A stretch of DNA of 64,000 nt from Heteronotia binoei. Its lineage: Eukaryota. Shown one piece after another: positions 48,061 through 58,808 of the stretch (the stretch's first letter is position 1; the number at the start of each line of letters is the position of its first letter). Where the stretch lies: contig NC_083230.1 of the NCBI RefSeq assembly GCF_032191835.1, positions 83,700,001 through 83,764,000 on the forward strand. Direction: 5' to 3'. The translations under genes and the position numbers were made by a program. The notes beneath the pieces were generated by a model. That model made no database searches, had not been told where the DNA came from, and was given only the letters and a program-made list of their open reading frames with translations.

Positions 48061-49938
48061 GACGCATTTGCTAGGGTAATGGTTTATAGCTGCTTTGTGG
48101 TCACTGATAAAGCACAATGGATTTGATTTGAGTTTAGATGTGGGAGATAGTTGATATCCTTAATCAGTCACAGAAGCCTTGAGCAAAGGCTGTGGCTCAG
48201 GGTCAAATTAGGTATGATGACATCCTCATAGCTACCGCAGGGATGCTGCTTCTGTTATAAAGTGATTTAAAAATTGTGGGAGGGCCAGATCCTGAAGCGG
48301 CCTAAAGTGCCAAACGGCTGCAATCACCCCCCGCCTCCAATGCAGAAGACCCCAGGTTCAATCCCTGGCATCTTGTTAAAAGGATCAGGTAGTAAGTGAT
48401 ATGAGAGACCTCTGCCTGAGACCCTGGAATGCTGCTGCTGGTTGAGGTAGAAAATGATAGACCAGTGGTCTGATTTAACTGTAACATAGCTTCAGATTTA
48501 CAAGCTTGCTTGGGCAATTGCAGCTGCCTGGCTAAACTTGTCATGCAAATATTGAGAAAAAATTCTATCAAAATTTGTTGCAAGTTGCTGTATAGCTGCT
48601 TGGGGATGACCAGAAAAATGTATACAGGCATGCTGTGTGTGAAAATGTGTGTACACATGTGTTCCTTTTTCAAACTGGCAAAGGGGTGAGTATTGCTCAA
48701 GCATTGTGTACCAGGCATCTGGCCTCCCCCAGGCTGGAGGCCGTTCTTTCATGTGAAGAAGCCCAAGGCTTGGTCTAAAGTTTTGAGAGCTCTCTAACCT
48801 TTCCCCCTACAATAATATGGCATGGACATTAAAGCTGGCTAAGTGTGTGATTTCCACTGAAGCCCCCTTCCCGTGGCAGAACACCAGTTAAATTTTTCTC
48901 GGTGGTCCCTCTGTTACTCAGAAGCAGCATTCCATGGGGAATTGTGGGCTATAGTCAAGGGTGGAGGAGAAGGCAGAAAAGTTGTACTTTTGTAAACAGC
49001 TATCATACCTTCCATCCATGAAAATTGTAGTTAGGATCCAAGCTAACAGATTGGAAAGGCAAGCATTGTGAACTGACATTTTTGGTCAGGTGTGCTGGAA
49101 GCCAAATACTAGGGCCATTTACCTGTTAAGCATGCTGAAACCCAATGGAATTGGATTTAAGATGACTTGTGGTATTGCTTTTATTTGTTATTTTTTTCAG
49201 GCTCACACTTAAATATTAAGAATTTCTTGTTCTGACTTCAGGTGTCTTCTAAAACTGAATTCTCCTATTCTACCATAGATTAGGGAAAATAGACTGAGAT
49301 TGTTGCAAAGGAGAACCAGCAGAGATATAAACAGATAGGGCCAGGAGGAACCTCGATGTTAACTGAATGCATTCTAGTCTTCCTTCTGATCTGATAGCAA
49401 AAGTAACATATTTCACCTTGGGAAGTGTCTCTTTCTTTGTGTGTGTGTTAAATCTAAATCTTGTACTGAAATCTACAGTTTATATCTAGGTTTAATTTGC
49501 ATGTTTGTGTTCTTTGCATAATTCATCAGGCTTCTGTTAGTCCTAGAGTGAGGCAAGAATCTAGCCAAGCCCTAAACCCTTTCCTTGACAACAGGAAATC
49601 CTGTTTAGTTCTGACTATATTGGTTTCAGCAGATGTTGCCTACACATTCATGTGAGCAACATCTGCTGAAACTGTAGTGGCCAGACAAGAATTGAACAAG
49701 GTTTTCCTGTTCTTCTTCCTCTGCAGTCATAAAGGCAAAAATTGTGTGTGTTGTAACACGCACGTGGATACATGGATTCTTGACATTTGACCAGCTCTGC
49801 TAAGTATTGTGTTGGATTCAGCATCACTCAAGTCATGGAGAAGCCCTGATATCTAGTTTCTCCTCCTTGTTTTCCTGACATTATATAAGCTGTTGCTGGA
49901 ACAACTCTTCTCATGCCCATGTACACAACTCTTTCCAG

Positions 49939-50109
49939 AGCAAAGTCGCCGTGATGATTTGGAGAGCTTGGGCTACGTGCTGATGTACTTCAATCTCGGC
50001 TCACTGCCTTGGCAAGGTCTGAAGGCTGCCACAAAGCGCCAGAAATACGAGCGCATCAGTGAGAAAAAGATGTCAACGCCTATCGAAGTGCTCTGCAAAG
50101 GGTACCCTT
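49939..50109 (+). CDS. CSNK1E: CSNK1E exon 6 ([57 protein letters not shown])
   Basis: ctttccAG acceptor, GTAAGT donor, 171 nt, CK1 signature SRRDDLES and LPWQGL. Confidence 0.98.
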
Positions 50110-51140
50110 GTAAGTTCTTATTTTGTTTTTTGTTTATGTGAGTATATAAACATACTCAGTTTGCATAGACATATACTGCTCTAATGTTCTTGCAGTACTC
50201 GGGTACTGGTTACAACTCAGAAGAATGTTGTCCCTTCCGTGAATGCAAAATATTCAGTGAACCATCAGGAATTCAGTCATGGTCATTTGGCGCGCTTGTC
50301 CCACATGGTGAAGCAATCTGCAGAAATACGTGGGGCAAGGCCACTTGACTTCAGGGCTCTTATGTGCATACAATAAAGACTATACTGTATGCTCTAGAGA
50401 GAAAATGGGAAGCCTGAATTTGTATCCAGTGAACCACAAGCAGCGCAAAGCTTGTGAAAGGGGATTTCTTCCACTTCCCCAGCATCCTGCTGAGCCCCAC
50501 TGAAATTCTGTTTCTAGGAAACGGGGACCCATGCAAACAGGATTTGAGGGGCAGCATGGACGGATCTGCAGTGGAAAGGGAAGCTTCAGATTGTGTGATG
50601 GAAAGGCATTTCTGTCTGCAGAAAACTATTTGAATATGAATGTACTTAACAGTGCAATCCTAAGGACACTTTCCTGGGAGTAAGCCCCATTGAATACACA
50701 GTATTAGAATTCAGAGTAGACCTGCTTAGGATTGCTGTCTAATTGCATTACTAAGCCATAGTGCTTATAACTAAGCAGCTGGTAATGGGTATATGTTTTA
50801 CAGAAGAAATAGATTTTGCCCTTCCACATCAGTGCTAGACCCCCACACTGGCCAATATACAAACTCAAAACCAAGAAGCAACATCTAGAGCTGTATATGA
50901 GAAAGGATGAGCTAACTGTTTTGGGTCTCCACTCAAGGCAAAAAGCGGGATATAAATAAAATAAGTTGTGTTAGAGCTGAGACAGTAGCTCTCAGTTTTA
51001 AAAAAGGGGGAGATGGAGAATCACTGTTGGAAGGGCAACATGCCTGCCTGCAAGACTTGTGGAGGACAGTGGGGGATGGGGAGAGTTGTGTACCAGCTGG
51101 CATTGCATGGAAGGCCTTTGAGTCGAGGAAGCCTGCAGAT

Positions 51141-51450
51141 CAGGGCTGACTTATCTACTAGGCACAGAAAGCACAGTCCCATTATGCTTTTAGAAGCACA
51201 CAAAAATGTTCTTTTAAAATCAAAAGGGGGGGGGATAACATTTAGGGTCAAAGAAAATGGTTTTTTTCCTCACATCAGAAAAAAATGAAGTGTTTAGGGC
51301 CCATGAAAATCTATTACATTTTGCCCCAAACAGAAAAAAATGCTGAAATATTTAAAGTTATATCAAAAATATTTAATATTGATATTATGGTGGGAGGGGC
51401 CTATGAAGGCAAAAGTGCCTAGAGCCCACATGAGATATAATGCGGCCCTG
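51141..51450. mobile_element. Non-autonomous hAT element (CAGGGC[C]G TIR)
   Basis: CAGGGCTG / CGGCCCTG termini, 6/8 TSD (ctgcagat / cggcagct). Confidence 0.65.
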
Positions 51451-51903
51451 CGGCAGCTGTTTCTGAAGTGGTGGAATTGGGTGTTAGTATTTGCATTGTC
51501 TGTGGTGTCATACCCAGGTTGGGGTTGGGATGCCAGTTAGGCTTCAGTTAATGTACCCTTCTGTTCCAAAACTCCCGTTTGGGTTTTTGGGGTGAAATGT
51601 GGCTTTTTTTCACTCAGCCCTGTATATACATTCAAGGCAGTTGGATGTTTCTGCTCTCCTTTCCATGACCTGCTGCTTCTTGTATGGGAAAATCTGAGAT
51701 TTACCCAGGTAGCCTGAATGAACAGCATTCTTGTGGGCATGCACACATATCTCTACCTTACTGCAGTGGTTCTCTGGAATGTAGTCACATTGTTGTGATC
51801 TTTTAGTTATAATGTGAAGCATTGGCAAAATGGCAAATAGCAGCACCTCATGAAAGTGAAACTGTGCTTGAGAAGTAATGACCATGTCTCCTTCCTTCCC
51901 CAG

Positions 51904-52052
51904 CTGAGTTTTCTACATACCTCAACTTCTGCCGTTCACTGCGGTTTGACGACAAACCAGACTACTCTTACCTGAGGCAACTGTTCCGCAACCTCTTCCA
52001 CCGTCAGGGCTTCTCCTATGACTATGTGTTTGACTGGAACATGCTCAAATTT
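51904..52052 (+). CDS. CSNK1E: CSNK1E exon 7 ([49 protein letters not shown])
   Basis: cttccccAG acceptor, GTGAGT donor, 149 nt, end of kinase domain. Confidence 0.98.
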
Positions 52053-53544
52053 GTGAGTAATTGAGATTGTGCGTGCTAGTGAGCTGCAAGCAGTTGGGGA
52101 TGGGATCAGGGACAATTATGATTGCTTTGGTCTGCATAGTCCTGGACCCAGGGATATGATGTATGTGGTCATTTCTGCAGTCATGTTGTGCAAATATAAA
52201 ATGTTGACTATGTCACTGGGTGCTAGATCTTGGCTTCTAGGTTTTTATAAGCAAGTGTCTGTGAGAAGCAGAAAAGTACCTGATAATGTCTTGGGAGGCA
52301 GTCTGGGGATGAATAGGGCCTCCTGCATTCTGCATAGCCCTTCTTAGTTCATAGCCAGTGGCATTGTGGTGAAAGGAACCAAAGGATGCTCTGGAGCAGT
52401 ATGGAACAGCTCGATCTGCCTGCGCTGCTTGTAAGGCAGAAGTAATCTCTGGGTGTTCGTGCTCACATGGCATCTCATTAAATTGGGCTGATGTCTCCTG
52501 TGCAATGCCGAAGTATGCCGCATAGCTGCTTTGCTCAGATAGCAGCCCACTTTGTACTTGCACACCTCTTGTTCAAAGGTGCAGGAGAAATTTTTGTTGC
52601 CCCCTTCAACAGCAGATTTAAATCAAGCCTCAGTCAATGCAAAAGAGCAAAAACCTATAACCTTCCATGCTTTGAAAGTTATTGAACTTATTTAAACTCC
52701 AATGCAACATGCTTCTGTTTTGTTAAAATAAAATATCAAATGACAGTCATTGTCAGTCATCTCACTGCCATCTCATCAGCCAAATCTGTAGAAGACTAGA
52801 GGGGAAATGAGAGAGAGAGAGTAAGAGAACCTTTACTAGGCAATTGTGTAGAATTAGTGCCTGCTTGCAGTTTCCTCTTAGTGCAGTTAGGAAAGCACAG
52901 AGACTAATTCCCTTTTTAAAAATGAAAGTTGTTTATTTAGGAAGGGTCCTGGACTATCCCTACATCTACACTGATCCTGTTGTTTCTAGCAAGGAATAAT
53001 AATAAACATATTGTTATACATAATAAACTAATGTATGGAAATTATTTCATCTGCTGGATGAATCATACAGAACTCTGTTCTTTTACCTCTGTGACTGTAA
53101 CTGGCTTGCCGAGGTTAATGTCATGGAGAGGTGTGAGGAACGTGATGGTGCCTTTTGCTTGTTTCTGAAGTCTTAACTTGTTTTAATTAATTTACTGGCA
53201 ACCTGCCTGCTTCAAAAGCAGCACTCAGCAGTTAGTCCATAAGAATGTATAAAATACACCAACACTCCAAAATTTTAAAACTTGTAGCAAAACAACTTAA
53301 TTCAAAGACTTTCTGGATTAAGAACATCTTCAGCGTAAGCCAAACAGCATTTTAAATAATGATGTTAGTCATACCATCTGGGGGGAGAGAAACTTACTAA
53401 TGTAGGTGCAGTGGATAAAAAGGCCCTGGCCCAGGCTGAATGAACCTCAGCCTGCAGGAAAACCTTGCTTGTTGACCTCCCAAACCCTGGCAGGTTAGTC
53501 TGGATAGTACTATGGTTGCATTGTGGGGATGTTTGCTGTTTCAG

Positions 53545-53734
53545 GGGGCAGCCCGGAATCCTGAGGATATGGATCGGGAGAGGAGAGAACATGAGCGAGA
53601 GGAGAGAATGGGGCAGCTCAGAGGTTCTGCTACACGGGCACTGCCCCCTGGTCCTCCTGCTGGGGCCACAGCAAACCGCCTCCGTAACGCTGAGCCTATG
53701 GCCTCCACGCCCACCTCCCGCATCCAGCAGTCTG
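53545..53734 (+). CDS. CSNK1E: CSNK1E exon 8 ([63 protein letters not shown])
   Basis: gtttcAG acceptor, GTGAGT donor, 190 nt, proximal C-terminal tail. Confidence 0.97.
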
Positions 53735-53875
53735 GTGAGTAGCCATTAATTTAAGAAGCAGCAGATGCAAGGTCAGGCATAGGAATCTCACACCTCCCAA
53801 CCAAAAGGCAGCCCCCAAATGCGTGTGACTTTTCCTTTTTACCATTTCCTCACCCCACCCTATGATGCTTTAGCC

Positions 53876-54015
53876 CAGGGGTGGCCAACGGTAGCTCTCC
53901 AGATTTTTTTTTTTTGCCTACAACACCCATCAGCCCCAGCCAGCATGGCCAATGGTTGGGGCTGATGGGAGTTGTAGGCAAAAAACATCTGGAGAGCTAC
54001 CGTTGGCCACCCCTG
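53876..54015. mobile_element. Palindromic hAT MITE (CAGGGGTGGCCAAC), upstream of exon 9
   Basis: About 63-bp arms with a 10-nt loop, TSD CT(T/C)TAGCC (53868-53875, 54016-54023). Confidence 0.93.
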
Positions 54016-54163
54016 CTCTAGCCTCTTCATTCTTTCACTCTTATCTTTCTCAAGAGCTGGAATTGAGGTTGTAAACTTGATTTTTTTGGGGGGGGGAGGG
54101 GCATATTGCCTTGTAGGCCACCTCTTATTAATTCCTTCTCTTCCTCCCTTTCCCCCCTGTTAG

Positions 54164-54303
54164 GAAATACATCCCCCAGAGCGATCTCGCGGGTGGACAG
54201 GGAGCGGAAAGTCAGCATGAGGTTACACCGAGGAGCTCCTGCCAACATCTCCTCATCTGACCTCACAGGGCGGCAAGAGGTGTCACGGATTTCAGCATCA
54301 CAG
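54164..54303 (+). CDS. CSNK1E: CSNK1E exon 9 ([46 protein letters not shown])
   Basis: Long pyrimidine tract plus ttAG acceptor, CAG|GTGAGT donor, 140 nt, autoinhibitory tail. Confidence 0.97.
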
Positions 54304-54387
54304 GTGAGTTCCTTCTGGTGAATGGGAGCTCAGAGAAGTGGAGTATGGCAGTGGATTAGCTGTTACATTACATTCAGTGATCTATAG

Positions 54388-54523
54388 CAGGGGTGGCCAA
54401 CGCTAGCTCTCCAGATGTTTTTTGCCTGCAACTCCCATCAGCCCCAGCCAACATGGCCAATGGCTGGGGCTGATGGGAGTTGTAGGCAAAAAACATCTGG
54501 AGAGCTAGCATTGGCCACCCCTA
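54388..54523. mobile_element. Palindromic hAT MITE, same family, downstream of exon 9
   Basis: Same sequence with about 10 differences, perfect TSD ATCTATAG (54380-54387, 54524-54531). Confidence 0.93.
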
Positions 54524-54943
54524 ATCTATAGTCAAGACCCACCAGGATCCAACAGTGCCCATTGGTGCTTACTCTTGCTTCTATGTGGGTCTGTTTAAAT
54601 AATGTCTGGTGCTCAGAAGAGGATGGCTGGGGTTTTTATGCCATAGGGGAAACAGTTACCAAGGTCCCACTGTGGATAATGTAAAAATTCTGCCAGCTCA
54701 GCATGACAAATGGAATAATGATGCTCTCTGTGCTGCAGTACTGGTCATGTGCCAGAATAAGAATTCAGGGGTCTGAATTCTCATGTATGAGCTCCCCTAT
54801 TGTGTGAGGACCTGTCATTTTCTAAGCAGCAGGAAATTTTGTCAGAAGACTGGATGACCAGAAAGGTACATGGCTTCCAAATAAAACCACCTGGGCAGTT
54901 AACTGTGGGATTGTGTGTGTTCAGAAACAAAACTGTGTTAGCC

Positions 54944-54969
54944 TTTTTTTTTGGGGGGGGGGGGGGGGG
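54944..54969 (+). repeat. T9-G17 mononucleotide run
   Basis: Seen directly in intron 9. Confidence 0.85.
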
Positions 54970-55408
54970 ACAATAACAGTGGCTAGCAGTAGGTGTATTG
55001 GTAGGAATTGTTCCTGACCATAGCTAAGGGCTATCACTTGAGCTTCCAAGGTGGGGAGAAACACATTGGAAGAATGTGACTTCCTCCCATGCCTAAGCAT
55101 CTAGAAGAAGCCAATGCCTGTCACTGCCATCTCTTGGGTATCTGGTTTTAGCCCACTGACCTGTTCAGAACTGTTCCTGAAACTGCTGAAGAGGTTAAAT
55201 TTTAGGGTAACGTAGAGTATATGTAGTGTAATGTAGAGTATTGTAGAGTATATGACTTCCTGTTTTATATGGAATGAACTTATTCCTGTTGTATCATAGA
55301 TGAGGTTCTTCTATAATGTGAGCTACTTATTTCTCTCTGAAATACCCTAATTGACCATTTATGGATGACGGTCCTTCTCTTAACTTCTCTGACTGTTTTT
55401 ATTTCTAG

Positions 55409-55441
55409 ACAAGTGTGCCATTTGATCACCTGGGGAAGTGA
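55409..55441 (+). CDS. CSNK1E: CSNK1E exon 10 coding part (TSVPFDHLGK*); exon continues to 55474
   Basis: tttctAG acceptor, TGA at 55439-55441, donor TTAG|GTGAGT at 55474/55475. Confidence 0.96.
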   Translation, partial: TSVPFDHLGK

Positions 55442-56694
55442 AGAGAGAATGCCACCAGACCAGTGTTTGCTTAGGTGAGTGCCTTTTTCCCTTGTGCTTT
55501 CTGGCCTTTCGAGGATTGCTGTGTTGATCTGACAGGCAGATCTTCATGGGTCCACTCCCTTCCTCTCTGCTTTTTATTCCAGCTCATTGTTTTGTGGCTG
55601 CGGGTATTGACAATGAAATGCTCTAAGCTTTCCCCATACCACATGGCTGCTTGTCCTGTACAAATGTTTGGTTTTTTGTGTTTGGGATTTAATTATTCCT
55701 GCTTTGGTTAATGTATCAAACAACCAATGATACATATAATTGTTCCAAATGTGCAGCCTTGGGCATAATCAGATGATCTTTCCGAGGGATGCATTCACAT
55801 GGGAGTTACTGCTGGGCATGCCTAAGTCATTGTCATTCTTGCTGTTGACCACCAGTAGTTAACCATTGTTTCAGCAGATCTTCTTGAATGAGGACATGTG
55901 GATGATTCTCTGGTAGACAGGACTACTTTTGTCCTCTGGAGTGCAGGCAGTTGGACGGAATCCTCTCTCCAAAAGCAGCAATCTCCTTTCTCCCTTATGT
56001 AATATATGAAGATGGCTGCTCCTTGACTGTGGGGGCAGAGTAGCAGCCAGGTAGACCAGGGGCTTAGTTCCCACGGCAAACAGTGTGCAAGTAAAACATT
56101 CTGCTCCAACTGTGAATTCAGGAGTAAACTGCTGCTGTTTTTAAAAATGTACTGATTTTATAGTTGCCGGATTCTTGGCTTTGAGTCCTAGCTCAGATAG
56201 TATGGATGACCCAGTTGATGACTTCATGAATTGCAGTATTTTTCTCAGCCATAAGTCTACCTTTTTTGCTCTTAAAAAAATATTGTTGGCAGAAAACACT
56301 AGAAAAAAGCATAGAAGGGAAGGGCAAGTCTTTAATATCAGAGTTGGATATGATAGTGAGACATGCATCTGTCTGTGTTCCTTACAGTGTAATCCTAAAC
56401 AGAGTTCCAGCCTTCTAAGCTCACTGACTTCAGTAGACTTCGAAGGGTGCAAACTCTGCTTAAGATTATACTATATGGCAATTACAACTAGAATACTTTT
56501 CATTGTTAGGGCTGTACAGAATTCAGCATCCTGGGACTTCTTTGTTTGTGTGTTTGCTTGTTTTTTTTAACCAGCTGAGTCTAATGCTTAAGATTCCAAG
56601 TGTGCATGATAACTTGTAGGAAATGGCTGATGAAATTACAGTCCCTTGTTGGGGTTGGGGTTAATTGTCAAATACATTTGTAGCCTCTCCTTAA

Positions 56695-56870
56695 GAACAT
56701 GAGAGAAACCATGTTGGATCAGGCCATTGGCCCATTTAGTCCAACACTCTGAGTCACACAGTGGCCAGAAAAACCAGGTGCCATCAGGAGGTCCATTAGT
56801 GGGGCCAGGACACTAGAAGCCCTCCCCCTGCAGCCCACCTCGCAAGCACCAAGAATACAGAGCATCACTT
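56695..56870 (-). mobile_element. CR1 3' tail fragment; an L2 tail follows at about 56935-56992
   Basis: taagaacatgagagaaaccatgttggatcaggcc...caagaatacagagcatcact matches the 3360-3780 copy. Confidence 0.85.
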
Positions 56871-57345
56871 CAATTTGTAAAATAAATTATACAAACAGAA
56901 GCAAATCTGATTAATTTTGTGTATCAAGAATGTTTATGTTTAATTCAGTTTATATCCCGCCCTCCCCGCAGAGGCAGGCTCAGGGCAGCTTACGTCTGAA
57001 CATAGTTCAGAAAGTTGTTCAGAAAGCTGAACTATGGTGTGTGGAGAGGGGTGGGGGGTCATATCATAATCCTGGTCTACTTTTCCCATGTTAACAAAAT
57101 GATATTTTGATCATTTTCTGCCACATTGAATTGGAGTAGTGATTGCATATCTTGCAGCATTGAAAAAGGATCTGGAAGTGCGTTCTGTGCACCATTCAAA
57201 ATTTTAATAATGGCAAAGTCCACTGATCATGTCCACAGTTCTCTCCCCCCTAAAACAAGTGGAAAGGTCACAAGTGTTGGAGATAGACATTGAATGTTGC
57301 TGAAAGGGAAAATATAACCATTCTTTTTCTCTTTCTTTTTTATAG

Positions 57346-58808
57346 TGTCTTCACTGTATTTTTCTTTTAAAAAACAAAATAACAAAAATTAAAAAAAGAA
57401 AAAAAAAGAAAAAACCCAACCTTTTTTTTTGGCCAGCAATGAGGAGAGGAACTGCCCTGCGCTGGCGTTCATGTCCGTTTTTTCTGAGATCGCCGCCTGC
57501 GTTCCCAAGCCCAATTTGCCTTTGACAAGTCGCCGATGCAGGAGCCTTGCAGAAGCACCTCTGCTGCTACCGTACAGCTTTATCTCCCAGGCCTCGCCCA
57601 CCATCTCATGCCAGCAGGCCGTGCCCAGCCGTCCCAGGCTTTCCGCTCCCATCTCAAGCTGTTTGTATCTTAAAAAAAAAAAAAAATCTTCCCAGACTAC
57701 TTTTTTTTTAAAACAGTTTGGCTTGTGTAAATCAAGATGGTTTCCAACATGAATTTTAAAATTCTTTTGGGATTGTTTTTTTTAAAAGGGGAGGAGAGAG
57801 GACGTTTGAAGGAGATCTAAAATTCCAGCCCTAGGTGGTGGTGTAATGTTAGTTTCAAAACAGACTGCGGTGGCAAGGTGGCATTGCATTTTTAGGGTGG
57901 CAGGGCAAAGCCTGCTCCTTGCATTGTTTCCTTGGGTGGGGGGGGACACTGCTGTCCCTCTGTGTATTGATGGGCACCTTGGGAGATGCAACAGGCATAT
58001 ATACCAGTAAGGCAGATGATACTGGCACAGCAGCAATTCTGTGTTGAAGGATGTGCACATGGCTGGAGATGGCAAGGCATGAGCAAATGTGAAGGATGTA
58101 GAAATGTGACCCACTTCTCACGCAGGCAGTGGGGGTCTTTTTTTTTTCTCAATCTGTTTGAGTGTGTTTAGTTATTTCTTTTAAATGGTTTTTACTTGCC
58201 CAGAAGACAGGGAGGGTGTTGAAGAAAAGGGAGGGGTACGTGAAAGTGAGGTGGCGAGGGGGGAGTAAAAAGCTGGCTTTATTGTAGAGGTTGCTTCCTC
58301 TGTTACAGACGACAACCCAGCTTAGACGCACTACCTCCCCCCAAGTCACAGGCCTCTCCCACCTTCCTTTTTGCCCTGTTCTCTACAAAATTTAGACTTG
58401 ACTCAAGAGAACTGATCCCTCTTGGGCTTGAATTGCAGCTGCCATTGTGGTGCCCTCCAGCCTCTAAACTTGGGTCGATTTCTGACCTTGGACAGTTGTG
58501 GGAACCATTGAAGGGGCAGGCGGGAAACTTGACAGCTTGGTTCTTATTTTTTTTTATTTAACACGTGGCTATTCTTTATTTCCCCCCTAATTTATTTACC
58601 CCGCTTACTGTGTCTCTCACTCTCCTTTTTTTTAATTAAAGTAAAAAAAAAACTTTTTATTACTTTGTAATTTTAAAAAAACAGAAAAAAAACCCTTGAA
58701 CTTTGGGGAGGGGGGATTTTGTACTTTTTTCCTGTGTAAATATTGGACTTTTTTGAGCTTTATCGTGGTTGTTAATTTGAAGTAATAAAGTAGAAAATGA
58801 TAAAGTGA
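57346..58808 (+). other. CSNK1E: CSNK1E exon 11 (3' UTR)
   Basis: Strong pyrimidine tract plus tatAG acceptor at 57344-57345, starts TGTCTTCACTGTATTT as I recall for amniote CSNK1E, and ends shortly after AATAAA 58784-58789. Confidence 0.85.
58784..58789 (+). terminator. CSNK1E: Polyadenylation signal AATAAA of CSNK1E
   Basis: Canonical hexamer after a U-rich/UGUA-containing block, followed about 30 nt later by U/GU-rich sequence (ctgttgtcttttttt). Cleavage estimated near 58808. Confidence 0.8.

Larger units (their letters stand above)
16890..58808 (+). other. CSNK1E: CSNK1E gene span (casein kinase I isoform epsilon), 11 exons, 415-aa protein
   Basis: Coding exons of 76,111,149,229,171,149,190,140,33 nt join in frame through GT-AG introns to give [26 protein letters not shown]...SQTSVPFDHLGK*. 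N-terminal [14 protein letters not shown] and the C-terminal tail identify epsilon rather than delta. The 5' end is approximate. Confidence 0.97.

Noticed and set aside
57388-57393. ATTAAA as a proximal poly(A) signal
   Set aside because: Embedded in a genomic A-tract with no clear downstream GU element. Any 3'-end reads here would likely be internal priming.
28120-58567. Canonical E-boxes CACGTG (28120, 49761, 58562) as CLOCK:BMAL1 sites
   Set aside because: Three noticed in 64 kb is within chance expectation. None was noticed in the promoter and none is tandem.
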